A stretch of DNA of 64,000 nucleotides from Octopus sinensis (Eukaryota). The notes beneath the pieces were generated by a model. The model searched no databases. It saw only the letters and a program-made list of their open reading frames with translations, and had not been told where the DNA came from. The stretch lies in assembly GCF_006345805.1 (NCBI RefSeq), contig NC_042997.1:117304001-117368000 (forward strand). The letters run 5' to 3'. The translations under genes and the position numbers were made by a program. Of this stretch, positions 12,206-24,160 are shown piece by piece; the stretch's first letter is position 1; the number at the start of each line of letters is the position of its first letter.

Positions 12206-12989
12206 CTTGGTAAAATTCCTCTCGGTATCCCATGCTTTTTGTACGAAGACTAACGTGTTAGATTAGATAAAATCAAGTTAACACAGACAAATGAATACAT
12301 AATGAAGATTTAGTAATTTTTTTTTGAGAAAATATATATTTGTTAAACATTCCTTTATGTAATATTCAGTTATATTTTTCTTTGCGTTGTGCTTCCTAGA
12401 GGGAAGATTATAAAAAGACTAACCTAACTAACTGCTAATTGTGTTTACAATATATTTTAACTCGTTGTTAAAATATTACCTAATTACTTAGAATTATGAA
12501 ATGATAAATTGGTTTTCTGCTTACTTATTGCTTATATCCCTAATAACCATTCATGAATTATATAAGGCACATCTAATTTTTTTCATAGCTAATAAAAATA
12601 CATCTCTGGAAATTACTATATTTTGCAAAAATCGGATATTTGTTGTCTATTATACCGTCAAATTTACCTTTGTTTTAGGCTCCTATATCTAAATTTATCT
12701 ATTCCCAGTGTTTTGTTGATTCAAGCTAACATTTATAATTTCATCACAGAGATCATAAAACATACAATTTCTTAAAATATTATAATGCGATGCCTGAACA
12801 TTGAAAGGTGGGAACGAAATGTCGATAGTACTTGGCTAGAATTCTTTTGGAGTCAATGACTGTTGAATACGTCGTGGAATAGATGACGTCAACTTGTAAT
12901 ATTGCTCACAGGTGGTGGAAGCTAAGACGTTCTCGATAGCGGCCTTCAAGCTCTCTTTGATAAAAGCAGATAAAGATCATTTCCGAGTC

Positions 12990-13220
12990 AAATGAACGAA
13001 TAGGGCCGGTTTCCCGGTTCCCGTGACGCATATGTTTAAACCTCTGGATAGGGGCCAGTCCGTCGCAGTAAATGCTCATTTTCTTCAGCTGACTGGACTG
13101 GAGTAACGTCAAAGTTAGTGGTTTGCTCAAGAACACGACGCATCACCCGGTCCGAGAATCGAAACCACAATCTTATGATCATAAGTCCAACACCCTAACC
13201 ATTGAGCCACGCACCTCCAC
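12990..13220 (-). mobile_element. tRNA-derived SINE, degenerate, tail type iii-like
   Basis: gagccacgcacctcc head (reverse), gggccggtttcccgg tail motif. Confidence 0.65.
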
Positions 13221-13321
13221 CTTTGGTAACTAGGGTGAAAGTTTGCCGTCTTTTCTTCTTTTCCTTTGTTTTTCAATTATAATCACTATAAGGTTCATGT
13301 CAGATAGGTTACCTAATGAAA

Positions 13322-13549
13322 AAGGCGGCGAGCTGGCAGAATTGCTTGCGGGCTGGATGAAATGCTTAACGGTATTTCGTCTGCCGCTACGTTCTGAGTT
13401 CAAATTCCGCCGAGGTCGACTTTGCCTTTCATCCTTTCGGGGTCGATTAAATAAGTACCAGTTACGCACTGGGGTCGATATAATCGGCTTAATCCGTGTG
13501 TCTGTGTGTTTGTCCCCTCTGTGTTTAGCCCCTTGTGAGTAGTAAAGAA
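13322..13549 (+). mobile_element. Family C SINE with 18-bp target-site duplication and Tx1-like 3' tail
   Basis: TSD ataggttacctaatgaaa at 13304-13321 and 13550-13567; tail tttgtcccctctgtgtttagccccttgtgagtagtaaagaa. Confidence 0.92.
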
Positions 13550-13827
13550 ATAGGTTACCTAATGAAAGGAAATACGTTATTGTGGTGACCACCAAATCAG
13601 GCATTGGTTGCTTCGGTACTGTGTGCAGGTGCCAAATCCTGCTGGAATGCAAATTCGATATCACCAAGCAGTCTGTTGTTTAAGGGAAACATGAAAACAC
13701 TTCCAGTCTTTGTGGACCGCTGCACTGATTGAGACCCCGAAGAAGCAAAGTGGTTCAACGCTTGCATATGACATGCTTCCCCACCCTACCCCATAGGCAT
13801 CACTTCTTTTCTTTACGCCCTTTTCAA

Positions 13828-14102
13828 GCCTAGCCAGGCTTATGGGCCCTGTTTCCCAGTTTCTGTGGCGTATGTGTTCCCCCCAGCTGGACAGGACGCC
13901 AATCCATCGCAGCGTTACCCAAGAAACAGGAAGAAAGAGTGAGAGAAAGTTGGGGCGAAAGAGTACAACAGAGGTCACCACCAACCCCTGACGGAGCCTC
14001 GTGGAGCTTTAGGTGTTTTTGCTCAACGCCCGGTCTGGGAATCAAAACCGCGATCCACCGACCGCGAGTCTGCTGCCTTAACCACTGGTCCATTGCGCCT
14101 CC
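13828..14102 (-). mobile_element. Family B SINE with tail type iii
   Basis: Same head/body as 21746-22041 but the tail reads ctgcgatggattggcgtcctgtccag...agaaactgggaaacagggccc. Confidence 0.85.
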
Positions 14103-14226
14103 ACACAGGCATCACTTAGTGCAGGAATATGACACTGGATCTAAAACAGCGGCGTCGCAGGGTTTCGAATAGGGTTAGACTATTGATCATTTTCGTATCT
14201 TACATCAACAAACTAACTAAAACAGA

Positions 14227-14867
14227 TTAGTTAGTTAGTTAGTTAATTTGGCTCAAAAGCAAATAGCAAGGCCATGTAGGGGGACATGGAGTTAAGTACA
14301 GGGTGGTGTTCATGTAAAGAGTTCAGGCCACTTGTGGTCCAGGGAGGCTTTGAACAAAGCGGTCGTTGGCATCTTCACCATCTCATCTGGCAGCTTGTTC
14401 CACGGATCCGCAACCCGGACGGAGAAAGCTCCTCTCCTTCGATTGAGATGAAATCGTCGCAGGTAGAGCTTTTCGGAATGACCCCGCAGCCGACGCTCCG
14501 GAGCAGGAGTGAAGAACAGCTCTTTCGAGAGGTTACACTTTCCGCTTATGATGTTGTGGGCGACAATGAGATCACCACGGCGGCGGCGTTTTTCAAGAGA
14601 ATAAAGGTCGAGCGTCCTCAGCCTTTCTTCGTAGGACAAATTTTTGAGACCATGAACCAGGCGGGTAGCCAGCCTCTGGACTCTTTCGAGGTGCTGTATG
14701 TCTTTGAGGAGATAAGGAGAAGAGGCTTGAATCCCATACTCCAATATGGGTCTCACCAGCGTGACATAGAGTGGCAGGAATATGGCTGCTGTGAGCACTC
14801 CGAATGGCCGTCGAATCAAAAACAGAATTCCGCGCGCTTTGTTGGCAGCATGGACGCACTTAGTTAG
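14227..14867 (-). mobile_element. 5'-truncated CR1-group LINE (ORF2 C-terminus, 3'UTR, (TAAC)n tail)
   Basis: Uninterrupted frame ...LYVTLVRPILEYG..ASSPY..KDIQHLERVQRLATRLV.GL..LSYEERLR.L.LYSLE.RR.RGDLI...LRGHS.KL...FSVRV.D.WN.LP. Confidence 0.92.
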
Positions 14868-17406
14868 TAAACCTAAGATAACTGAACATTTCACCTTATC
14901 ACTAAACTGACAACAAATACCTAATTTTTACATTGTAATTTATTATTGTTAGACGAACCTGTATTTGTGGTTTTTCATTGTTATTTCTCTTTCACTTTCA
15001 AGCCTTCAAAAGAGATATTTGAGCATGTAGTGTTATTTATTTAACACAAGAATTTGTCAATATTCTTTATTTATTTATTTTGTCTAAATAAGATTAGTAG
15101 TCAATGACATATCCGTATATTTTTCTTTCTAAAACAGTTTTATGCTAATTGATTGAGATATATACGCTTTTTACGTGGTTAAAGAGAGCCTTGGTCTTCG
15201 AATAATCATTTTGTCTTATTGCCCCCCGTCGTAAATAAAATAAATCAGTGAGAACAAGGAAATGGTTGGAAGAAGCTAACTTCCATGTCATCTCGACATT
15301 TGGCCGTGTTGTTTTATAATATTAAATTACTTTAATATCTTTTGGTCTGTGTTTGAAATTGCCTGCCATTTATTATTCATTACTTTGCAGATAAAACTGA
15401 TAACTTATGTAAAATTTTATCACAAACTGAATCAAAGTCTATCGGTAGATGAAAATAACACAATAGATTCGGCGCAGGATTGGAAGAAATTTCATATCGC
15501 CGAGAAAGTTGAATATATTTCTAATGTTGTCATATTTGTTTCATCAAACGAGATGTATTACTCCTTCTCTCTCAAAAAGCTTCTAAGTCAACAAAAGCTT
15601 AAAGTATAATATTTCTGCGGGATGATATTTCTGTTATCGAATTTTAAGTTTTACGTCATGTGATTATTATTCCTTAGACATTAACTGACAGCCATATTTA
15701 AAGGATTTTGCTTTATATCTTTTATTTATATATATATATTTCTTTTTTCCTTATTTCGCCTTCTCTTCCCCATCTCACTCTTTCACATCCTTTTATTCGT
15801 GAGTTGAAATCACTTTGTAGTTAAAAGGATGTTTTGTAACCAAACCGAGTATCTTGATAAACTACTTCTCCGACTATCTTGTAACATGATAGTTTCAATT
15901 ATCAAACATTCAATAACAAGTTCGAATTGAACATTAATACCGAAGAAAGATTGCAAACAATTTTATTTTACATCTATATTTAATATTATTGTTATTATTA
16001 TTGTTGCTAATGTTGTTCTTCTACTTTTTCTTCCCCCTCTTCTTAGCCTCCTCCTCTACTACTACTAATAATAATGATAATAATAATACTTCCTTTTTCT
16101 TTTTGTCATGTTATTTCATTTACGCACAACAGATTAGACTATTGGAAAAAATTCCTAACATCGAGGTACAAGCAACCTTAGATGCCAAGAACCTTTCCAT
16201 TATTATTATTATTATCAGTATTATTATTATTATTATTTTTATTATTATTAAACCAATTTGTTGATTTCTCAGTGGAAAGGTAAAATACAATTTTCTTTCA
16301 TTCTGAAAATTGAACTCATGTTTTGCGGGCTGATACATTATCTTTCAAATACGTTACATAACAACATTTACCTTTCAGCTAAACATGAAAATCTTCTCAG
16401 AGAAGAAATGCCTAACCATAACTTCAAGACGAAATCCGACACTAAGCTATATTTCTTTCTTGAAGCTAATATGTTACTCTTCAAAGTTGCAAGTGCAACT
16501 GTTTACACATAACTTATTGAATGTTAACAATACCAAACAACGGCACCGACTCTGTTTGGCGGAACAAATCCAAAAATGGTAAAATCCTTTTAGGCAGCGA
16601 ACTAGCCGAGTCGATAAAGTGATGAACAGAAAGCTTCACAGTAATTGTTCCGGCTCTCTACTCTGAGTTCAAATCTCGATAGGGCCAACTTTGCATTTCA
16701 TCCTTTTGAGATCGTTAAACACTAACAATCGGGTTGAATGCTTAGTGGTGTTTATTCCGGTCCACTGCATTCTGAGTTCAATTTCCACCATCGCCTACTT
16801 GGCTGGTAGACTTAAATTTGTCGCCTAATTTAATACTATCACCTTCCCCTGCTAACCAGGTACTTTTAGCGGGGTCCTCTATGATGCAAGCACTTGGGCT
16901 AAGTTTTCTGTTGTAGGATACTTTCCTTCCTCCTAGTAGTCTCTGAGAGCCTGTCGGGGGTCATGGGCATTGCCTTTAATTCTAGCTAAGAGCTAAAGCA
17001 TGAACTTACAAGTTAGTTCCGGTTGATGCATAGTTGATTGAGCCAAGCCCCTGTACATGACTACTGTTCATTTTATTGACTCAGAAGGATGAAACGCATT
17101 GACAACCTCGACCAAATTCAGAACATAGAGAAATGAAACAAGACACTGGAACGGGATTCTACCTTCCTGAAAGAAGATGACCAAGAATAAGTACATGACA
17201 AGGATTACTAATGAATTGCAATAGGAGGATTGTACTGATAGTGCCGATATGCCTCACTAGGATGTTAGACAGAGAAAAATAGCTACCAAACCAGTAAAAG
17301 ATTCTCTCTCGTCTACTACGATTATACAACTAAAAACAAGTATAATTGTTTTCCTAATGAAACCGTATCAACGAACTTTACATAAGTTATATAGGACCGT
17401 GTAAGT

Positions 17407-18940
17407 ATATATGTTGAATTACATAAATGTATAAATGATAGAACCGGGTGCAAATTGTAAATTCAAGAACGTCACGTTTTAATCATGATAAAATTACGCA
17501 GTACATAAATGGATATTAAATCAGTAAACTAGAAGCATGATGGAGGTTGCCAGAATGCTAGATACAAGCTGAATCACATCCCATGATTAGACTTCCGCCA
17601 GTACATATTGATCAATGATAGCCAGTCAGTTTACATCGAAGAAGAAGGCGCCGAAAGAGAGATATTTCAAAATGGCCAACACAGAAACACTGCACCCATA
17701 AATAGTTCAGACTAAATGACAAGGCTGAGGCTGACAGTCAATATCTCTACTTTAAAATTCTGCACAATTACATGAAAGTAATGAATATGTAGACGAGATA
17801 AAATACTCCCCTAAAATTATTGTTATTGCATGTACAAAGAGCCACAAGCTGTGTATTATATTATATTATATTATATTATATTATATTATAGAGTAAAGTT
17901 TATTTTCCAACGTAAAGTGGCAGTCCTGCTTAGGATGGTGTTGCTACTTTTTTTTAGCGCCATGAAAACATCTTTTCGAGCTGGCTATCGATGCACATTT
18001 ACGTCCTTATACCTCGAACAAGGGAGCTAATGTCTCCACTCAGCCTTAAACGGCACATGTGGACCAATGGTTTCTGGGTTATTTCTCTTCATTGGCACAG
18101 GATAACTGTTGGCAGCACTAGGCGTAGTTCGAGGCATATACTTTTAAAGTGACACACAGTCACTGATCTCGTAAGGAGAAAAAACAATTAGTTTTAAATC
18201 TCTGAACGAGAAATAAGTAGTAACAGTACTACAGAGTAAAGTTTATTTGACAAAGGGGCAGTTCCGAATAGGACCGTGTTACAACTTTTTTTACCCCCGG
18301 GAAAACATCTTTTCCAGCTGGCTATTATATTATAGTATATTACATTATACTATATCATATCAGATCATATATCACCATATATGTATGTGTGCATGTATGT
18401 GTGTGTGTGTGTGAGTATACATACACACGCATACATACATACATAATATATTATAATTTGATATATAACATAATACACAGTTTGTGGCTCTTTGTATATG
18501 CAATAACAATAATTATAGGGGAGTATTTTATCTCGTCTACACATTCATTGCTTTCATGTTGTTGTTCTTTTGTCAGACATAACTGTGCAGAATTTTAAAG
18601 CAGAAATATTGACTGTCAGCCTCAGCCTTGTCATTTAGTCTGAACTATTTGTGGGTGCAGTGTTTCTGTGTTGGCCATTTTGAAATGTCTCTCAGCGCCG
18701 CCTTCTTCGATGTAAACTGACTGGCTATCATTGATCAATATGTACTGGCGGAAGTCTAATCATTGGGATGTGATTCAGCTTGTATTTAGCATTCTGGCAA
18801 CCTCCATCTTGCTTCTAGTTCACTGATTTAATATTCATTTATGTACTGCGTAATTTTATCATGATTAAAACGTGACGTTCTTGTATTTGCAATTTGCACC
18901 CGGTCCTATCCTTTATACATATTTGAAATTCAAGATATAG
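17407..18940. repeat. Long inverted repeat (arms about 17407-17862 and 18468-18940) with about 600-bp spacer
   Basis: For example aagaacgtcacgttttaatcatgataaaattacgcagtacataaat vs atttatgtactgcgtaattttatcatgattaaaacgtgacgttctt; weaker homology extends to 17180/19003. Confidence 0.9.
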
Positions 18941-19678
18941 TTCACAGAGTTTATGTAAGAACCAAGTTCAGTATTGTCGTAGCAGTTGTACTTATTCTTG
19001 GTATATTCGTTCTAGGATGACATTACATTCTGGTACTCAACTTGATGATTATCCACTTCACATATTTGACAATGGTACTTTCTGAAAAAAGCTTATTCCT
19101 TTCTGCTTGCTGTTATGTCACCTGCGAAGTCTTTAAGAAGGCCTTTGAGGCTTCTATTGTCATTGGACAGGATGTATCCGGATATGCTTCAGTACAGGCT
19201 TTATGAATCTGAAGATTTTTTTTTTACAATATCAGTTATGCTGTAATATATATATATATACATATATATGTTAACTTATATTGTTCTTATATTTAGGCAG
19301 GTACAAGTGAATCTCCACCCCAAAATGTCGAGGATGACACAGTTTGTATAATTACCAATTTGCAAGCTGCCTGCTGCTCCATCTCTGGCTGGATGTCTGC
19401 CTGTCTGTCTGTATCTCTATCTCTCTCTCTCTCTCTCTTGCTCTCTCACTTTCTCTCTCCCTTTCACTGTCTCCTCCTTTCATTTTGTTCCTCTGTTCTC
19501 TCTCTATATCTGTCTATCTCTCCCCTTTATTCTGACTATTTTTCTCTTTCCTTCTTTCGCCCCCACTCTACCTAGCTGTCTGTTACTCTTCATTTTTTCC
19601 CTAATTGGAATCCCCTCTCGCTTTCCCTTTCTCAAAAATTCGTGTAATTTATCTCATTTCTCCTTGATTCTTTCTCTA

Positions 19679-19719
<41 letters not shown>

Positions 19720-19836
19720 TACTGCTTCTTACTCTAGTCGCCTCCTTTCCCTCTTCATATCCCATTGTCTTTTCCTAAGCCTCAAGACACCCCCATCTTT
19801 ATTTTATCTCTCACACACTCTCTCCCTCCCTCCCTT

Positions 19837-19882
<46 letters not shown>

Positions 19883-20161
19883 TAAATCATACAGCGACAT
19901 CACTACGCAGTTGGACAAAAGGTCATCTGGCTTTGCTCTGTTACTGTCCAATACAGTGAATTTTCGAATAATGCGTTTCATTGTGAGGTAAATGTACACA
20001 ATCGAGGTAACGAACCTAAACATTTTTGGAATTCAAAAATAACTCGTTAACCACCAGTGCTAAGCTAGATTCCTAATAATGGATGTGTATGTTCTATTAA
20101 TATAATATACTTACCTTGGTACAATTAGTCATATGTAGATGGATGTGTGTGTGTGTGTGTG

Positions 20162-20205
<44 letters not shown>

Positions 20206-20329
20206 TTATCATTTGAGTTTTATTTAGATTCTTCTTGAGAGAGTTCAAGCCGGTCACTAACGAAGTGGCAGGGCTTTTTGAGTAAAGAGAGTTCCTAGTG
20301 TTTGTAAATATGTGGTTCAGTTGGTGCGT

Positions 20330-20985
20330 TGGCCGAACTGTCGATGCATACAACCAAGTGCGTGCATCTATTCACATAAGGATCTCAGATGAAGGGTTTT
20401 GGGAATGTCTTACAAATCTTTACTTTGCTGTTCAGCAGATGTTGTCTGAGTGATACAATGGGGATTCAAAGGCTGTTTGGACTGACCATCACTTCATCTC
20501 ACATAAATCCTAATGTAGAAGTTGCCAGTGGTTTTGATGTTTATGTGGTGTATCTCATCGTGTGCCCAGTCTAATAACCCAAATATCGGTACTAGCACTG
20601 GTAATGCAAAAGCATTGCGAGACCTAGTTTTGTTGAATGCAGACAGCCTTGAGTTCTATATTTTCCAGAGCCTACAGAAGTACATTTCTATTATTCTGGC
20701 TTTAGTCACAGCACCAACGTATACAACATTTTCTCGATTCCGAGGTACTTGTAGCTTTCAGCATTAGATATAGAGGAGATAGACAAGTCGTTGACGTTCA
20801 GGTTCTCTGTCTGGCCAACAACTATTCCTCAGTTGATTATCGTGTATGAGCATTTATCTTGTCCACACTCTATTCATATGTCTCGTGAGAATGTGGTATA
20901 GTTCTAATTATCTCTTGATGTTGAAAGAATTGTAATACTCAACGACCTCTTCCATCCCTTTTTCTAACCAATTTGATTATCACGT
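20330..20985 (-). mobile_element. Decayed R4/Dong-clade RT fragment
   Basis: Minus-strand frames AESYKYLGIE, RLSAFNK..NAFALPVL.P.FG.LDW..DEI..INIKT, interrupted by stops and frameshifts. Confidence 0.7.
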
Positions 20986-21494
20986 TATAAGCAATGTTTG
21001 TTTCCTCCGAAATGGAGTATTGGAATTTTCTCCCTAATCTCGATGAGACGAACTAAACTGGATTCATTTATTGAAAAAATATATTGATCAATTATCAGAT
21101 CATCTGTATTTACTATACAAGCCGTGTATAAGTTAAAGACTAGCAAACTGCATTTTACTGCCATCACTCGTCTGACCCTACTACATTTTATTATTATACA
21201 TACATATTTGTATGTATATATATATATAGTCAACAGAGCGAAATGCTGGACTGAGATGAAAGCTTTTAATCAGCAAATAATGTCATGTATTCTGGGATAT
21301 ATAGCATTATATTCTAAAGCTTTCTCTATGAAGATTTCGATATAAAAAAACTGGTATTTTGTGTCCATCCCTTAACGAAACCCCATCTATATTCCTAGGA
21401 GTTGTCTTTTGACATTTTGTTTCATTCTTTTCAGAAAAATCTTAGCAGCAAATATATATATATATATAAAGAGACAGAGAGATTCCACCACCAC

Positions 21495-21662
21495 TGCTTA
21501 ATAACTGGCGTTGGTGTGTTTACGTCCCCGTAACTTAGCATTTCAGCAAAAGGAAACGACAGAATAAAGTACAAGACCTAAAAAAATATAGGTACTGGGG
21601 ACGATTCATTCGACTAAAATTCTTCAAAGGCCGCAGCCTAATGACTGACACAAAAGATAAGA
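21495..21662 (+). mobile_element. Family A SINE 3' half
   Basis: ggtgtgtttacgtccccgtaacttagc...ggccgcagcctaatgactga. Confidence 0.75.
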
Positions 21663-21663
21663 T

Positions 21664-21698
<35 letters not shown>

Positions 21699-21745
21699 AT
21701 ATATATATATATATTATATATATATATATATCACATATATATATA

Positions 21746-22041
21746 TCACTGTGATCACCGTGACCGACCAGGTTATCAGATGTTGCTACACATCGCTGGT
21801 GACAATGCGCTTCGCATTGTTTTAGCCTTCAAGTGACGCCACCTCGCTGGCTAAGCGAGCAGGCCAACAAAAGAAAGAGTGAGAGAAAGTTGTGGCGAAA
21901 GAGTACAGCAGGGATCGCCACCACCCCCTGCCGGAGCCTCGTGGAGCTTTAGGTGTTTTCGCTCAATAAACACTAACAACGCCCGGTCTGGGAATCGAAA
22001 CCGCGGGTCCGCTACCCTAACCACTAGGCCATTGCGCCTCC
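21746..22041 (-). mobile_element. Full-length family B SINE, tail type i, abutting (TA)n
   Basis: Minus strand GGAGGCGCAATGGCCTAGTGG...TTTCGATTCCCAGACCGGGCG; tail ggtcggtcacggtgatcacagtga(TA)n. Confidence 0.92.
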
Positions 22042-22079
<38 letters not shown>

Positions 22080-22847
22080 GGAGAGAGAGAGAGATTTGTG
22101 TATGTATATATATATATATATATTTATAGATAGATAGATATTTGTGTATATATATATATATATATATATATTTATTTATAGATAGATAGATATTTGTGTG
22201 TATATATATATATTACATACATATGTGAAGGATGACCACTATGTGGATAAACCTAATGCTAGAAGTAGATCCGCTATGGTATTACCACTATGAAATGCTC
22301 TTTAGAAAATTTAGCAAACACCAGAAAATTTTGATTATAAATATATATATATATATTATATATATATATGTACATAAAAATACACACTCACACACGAAAT
22401 ATGTACAAATGCATATGTTTATGTACGTATGTCACCCACATCTTCATATTCTTTGTTACGTTTATATTCTTATCGTTATTAACGGATCACTTTTTTACGT
22501 CTTCACCTACGTATTTATATCCACGTCAATGACCAAATATTGACACTTGGATATTGTTCTGTCGTCATATCTTCTTAGCCCACTGGTTTAATTTATTCCC
22601 ACGCAACTTTTGTCATAGCGTCTCTGTCACCTGAACAGACACATTCTCACATCACCATCGTTGTGTATATCGTTACTCTACGCATTCAAATATATCTTAT
22701 CAGTCAATAGATTTTGTCTATACGTGAGCATCGTTAATGCAAAACTCTTTACTGTGAAGGAATGATCTTACTATGCAATGATGATTGGGACCCCCTTAAA
22801 ACGTAAAATTTTTAGTCTCTCCAGCACAACGTGGACAATATACCACC

Positions 22848-22886
22848 AGTGGTTAAGAGCGCGGCGAGTTCTATTCCAGGCAGTGA

Positions 22887-22922
<36 letters not shown>

Positions 22923-23616
22923 TAATAATAATAATAATAATGATTGGAACCTACATACATTGGAAGCTATGCCAACATTATGGAATAACAACAGAAAAAA
23001 GATGGTATAGGCACACACCAGAAAAGGTCACAGAAAACGAGAAAGCAACCATACTCTGGGATATGCCGATACACACAGATAGAGAAATTAAGGCCAACAG
23101 ACCAGATATAGTTGTCAGAGATCATGAAGAAAAAAAATGCTTTCTAATTGATGTATCAATACCGGCAGATGACAACGTGTCTCTAAAAGAAATGGAGAAA
23201 CTCTCAAAATACAAAGACCTGGAAATAGAGATAACTAGAATGTGGAACCTGAAAACAGAAACAATTCCTATCATAGTAGGTGCATTAGGCATGATAAAAA
23301 AATATTCAGACAAATACATAACAAAAACACCAGGACTTACAAACACATATAACATACAGAAAATTGCACTACTAGGCACTGCACACATCCTACGCAGAAC
23401 ACTTTCCATACAATAATCATCAGAGCATCACAACAAATCACAGCACATACCCAAGGCACACAGAGCTGCGCTCGGTAGTGAAGTGAAAGCACGCTATAAA
23501 AATAAAACTACTGAATAATAATAATAATGATAATAATAATAATGATGATAATAATAATAATGATGATAATAATAATAATGATGATAATAATAATGATAAT
23601 AATAATAATAATAATG

Positions 23617-23658
<42 letters not shown>

Positions 23659-23830
23659 TCGAAAAATATCTTAGGAATGAGAACCCAGATTCAAAATATC
23701 CCCAAGATCCCTGATGAAGGCTGGAGGGTATATCAGCCGAAATGTTGTGTTAACAACAAACAGGATGAAGACAAATATCCGTCAAATGTAAATAATTTAA
23801 ATAATTCATTATCCCTTAAATATAGAACTG
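22848..23830 (+). mobile_element. tRNA-head/(AAT)n/hammerhead-tail element, copy 2 (degenerate, interrupted by a Dong insertion)
   Basis: agtggttaagagcgcgg..cgagttctattccaggcagtgacctg(aat)n ... atcgaaaaatatcttaggaatgagaaccc...ctgatgaaggctgg...cagccgaaatgttgtgtt...aaatatagaactg; collinear with 43017-43325 (minus). Confidence 0.85.
22943..23513 (+). mobile_element. 5'-truncated R4/Dong-clade non-LTR retrotransposon (restriction-like endonuclease C-terminus plus 3'UTR) inserted in (AAT)n
   Basis: Open frame ...ILWDMPIHTDREIKANRPDIVV.D.EEKKCFLIDVSIP.D.NV..KE.EKL.KY.DL..EI.RMW.L....IPIIVGALG...QK.ALLGTAHILRR.LSI; (AAT)n on both sides. Confidence 0.9.
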
Positions 23831-23849
23831 TATTACCATCAGCATTTCC

Positions 23850-24160
23850 CACACGACCTTAACATCAGATTCAGAATTCATTTAAGGCTGGGGTTACATG
23901 TCCTACGTGCACAATTCAGATTCGCAACACATAATTCATGCAACACAATTTCTTTTCCTTATGGCCCAAACAAATTAAAGTTAAAAAAAAACCTATTACC
24001 TTCAAACGAAACCTGGACAAATTTCTTCAGATTATACCTGATAAGCCACCTATATTTGGAAATATCTCAGTCAACAAGCATTCCCTACTTGTATGGTCCA
24101 TGAGAGCACGAAACCTATCTTTAAAATGACTCAACAGATCTTATCAAGTGGCGCTATTAA
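23850..24160 (+). mobile_element. Decayed CR1-group LINE 3' fragment
   Basis: FKRNLDKFLQIIPDKP...N..SLL.W motif. Confidence 0.7.

Noticed and set aside
14286-14867. 193-aa plus-strand ORF
   Set aside because: Antisense shadow of the CR1 ORF2 fragment.
15349-15609. 86-aa ORF with tttgcag acceptor-like site
   Set aside because: No recognisable homology or good donor; likely decayed transposon or chance.
16066-16250. Possible second Dong 3' end between AAT tracts
   Set aside because: Only a weak RKVLGI-stop resemblance, and the flanking repeats are in opposite orientations.
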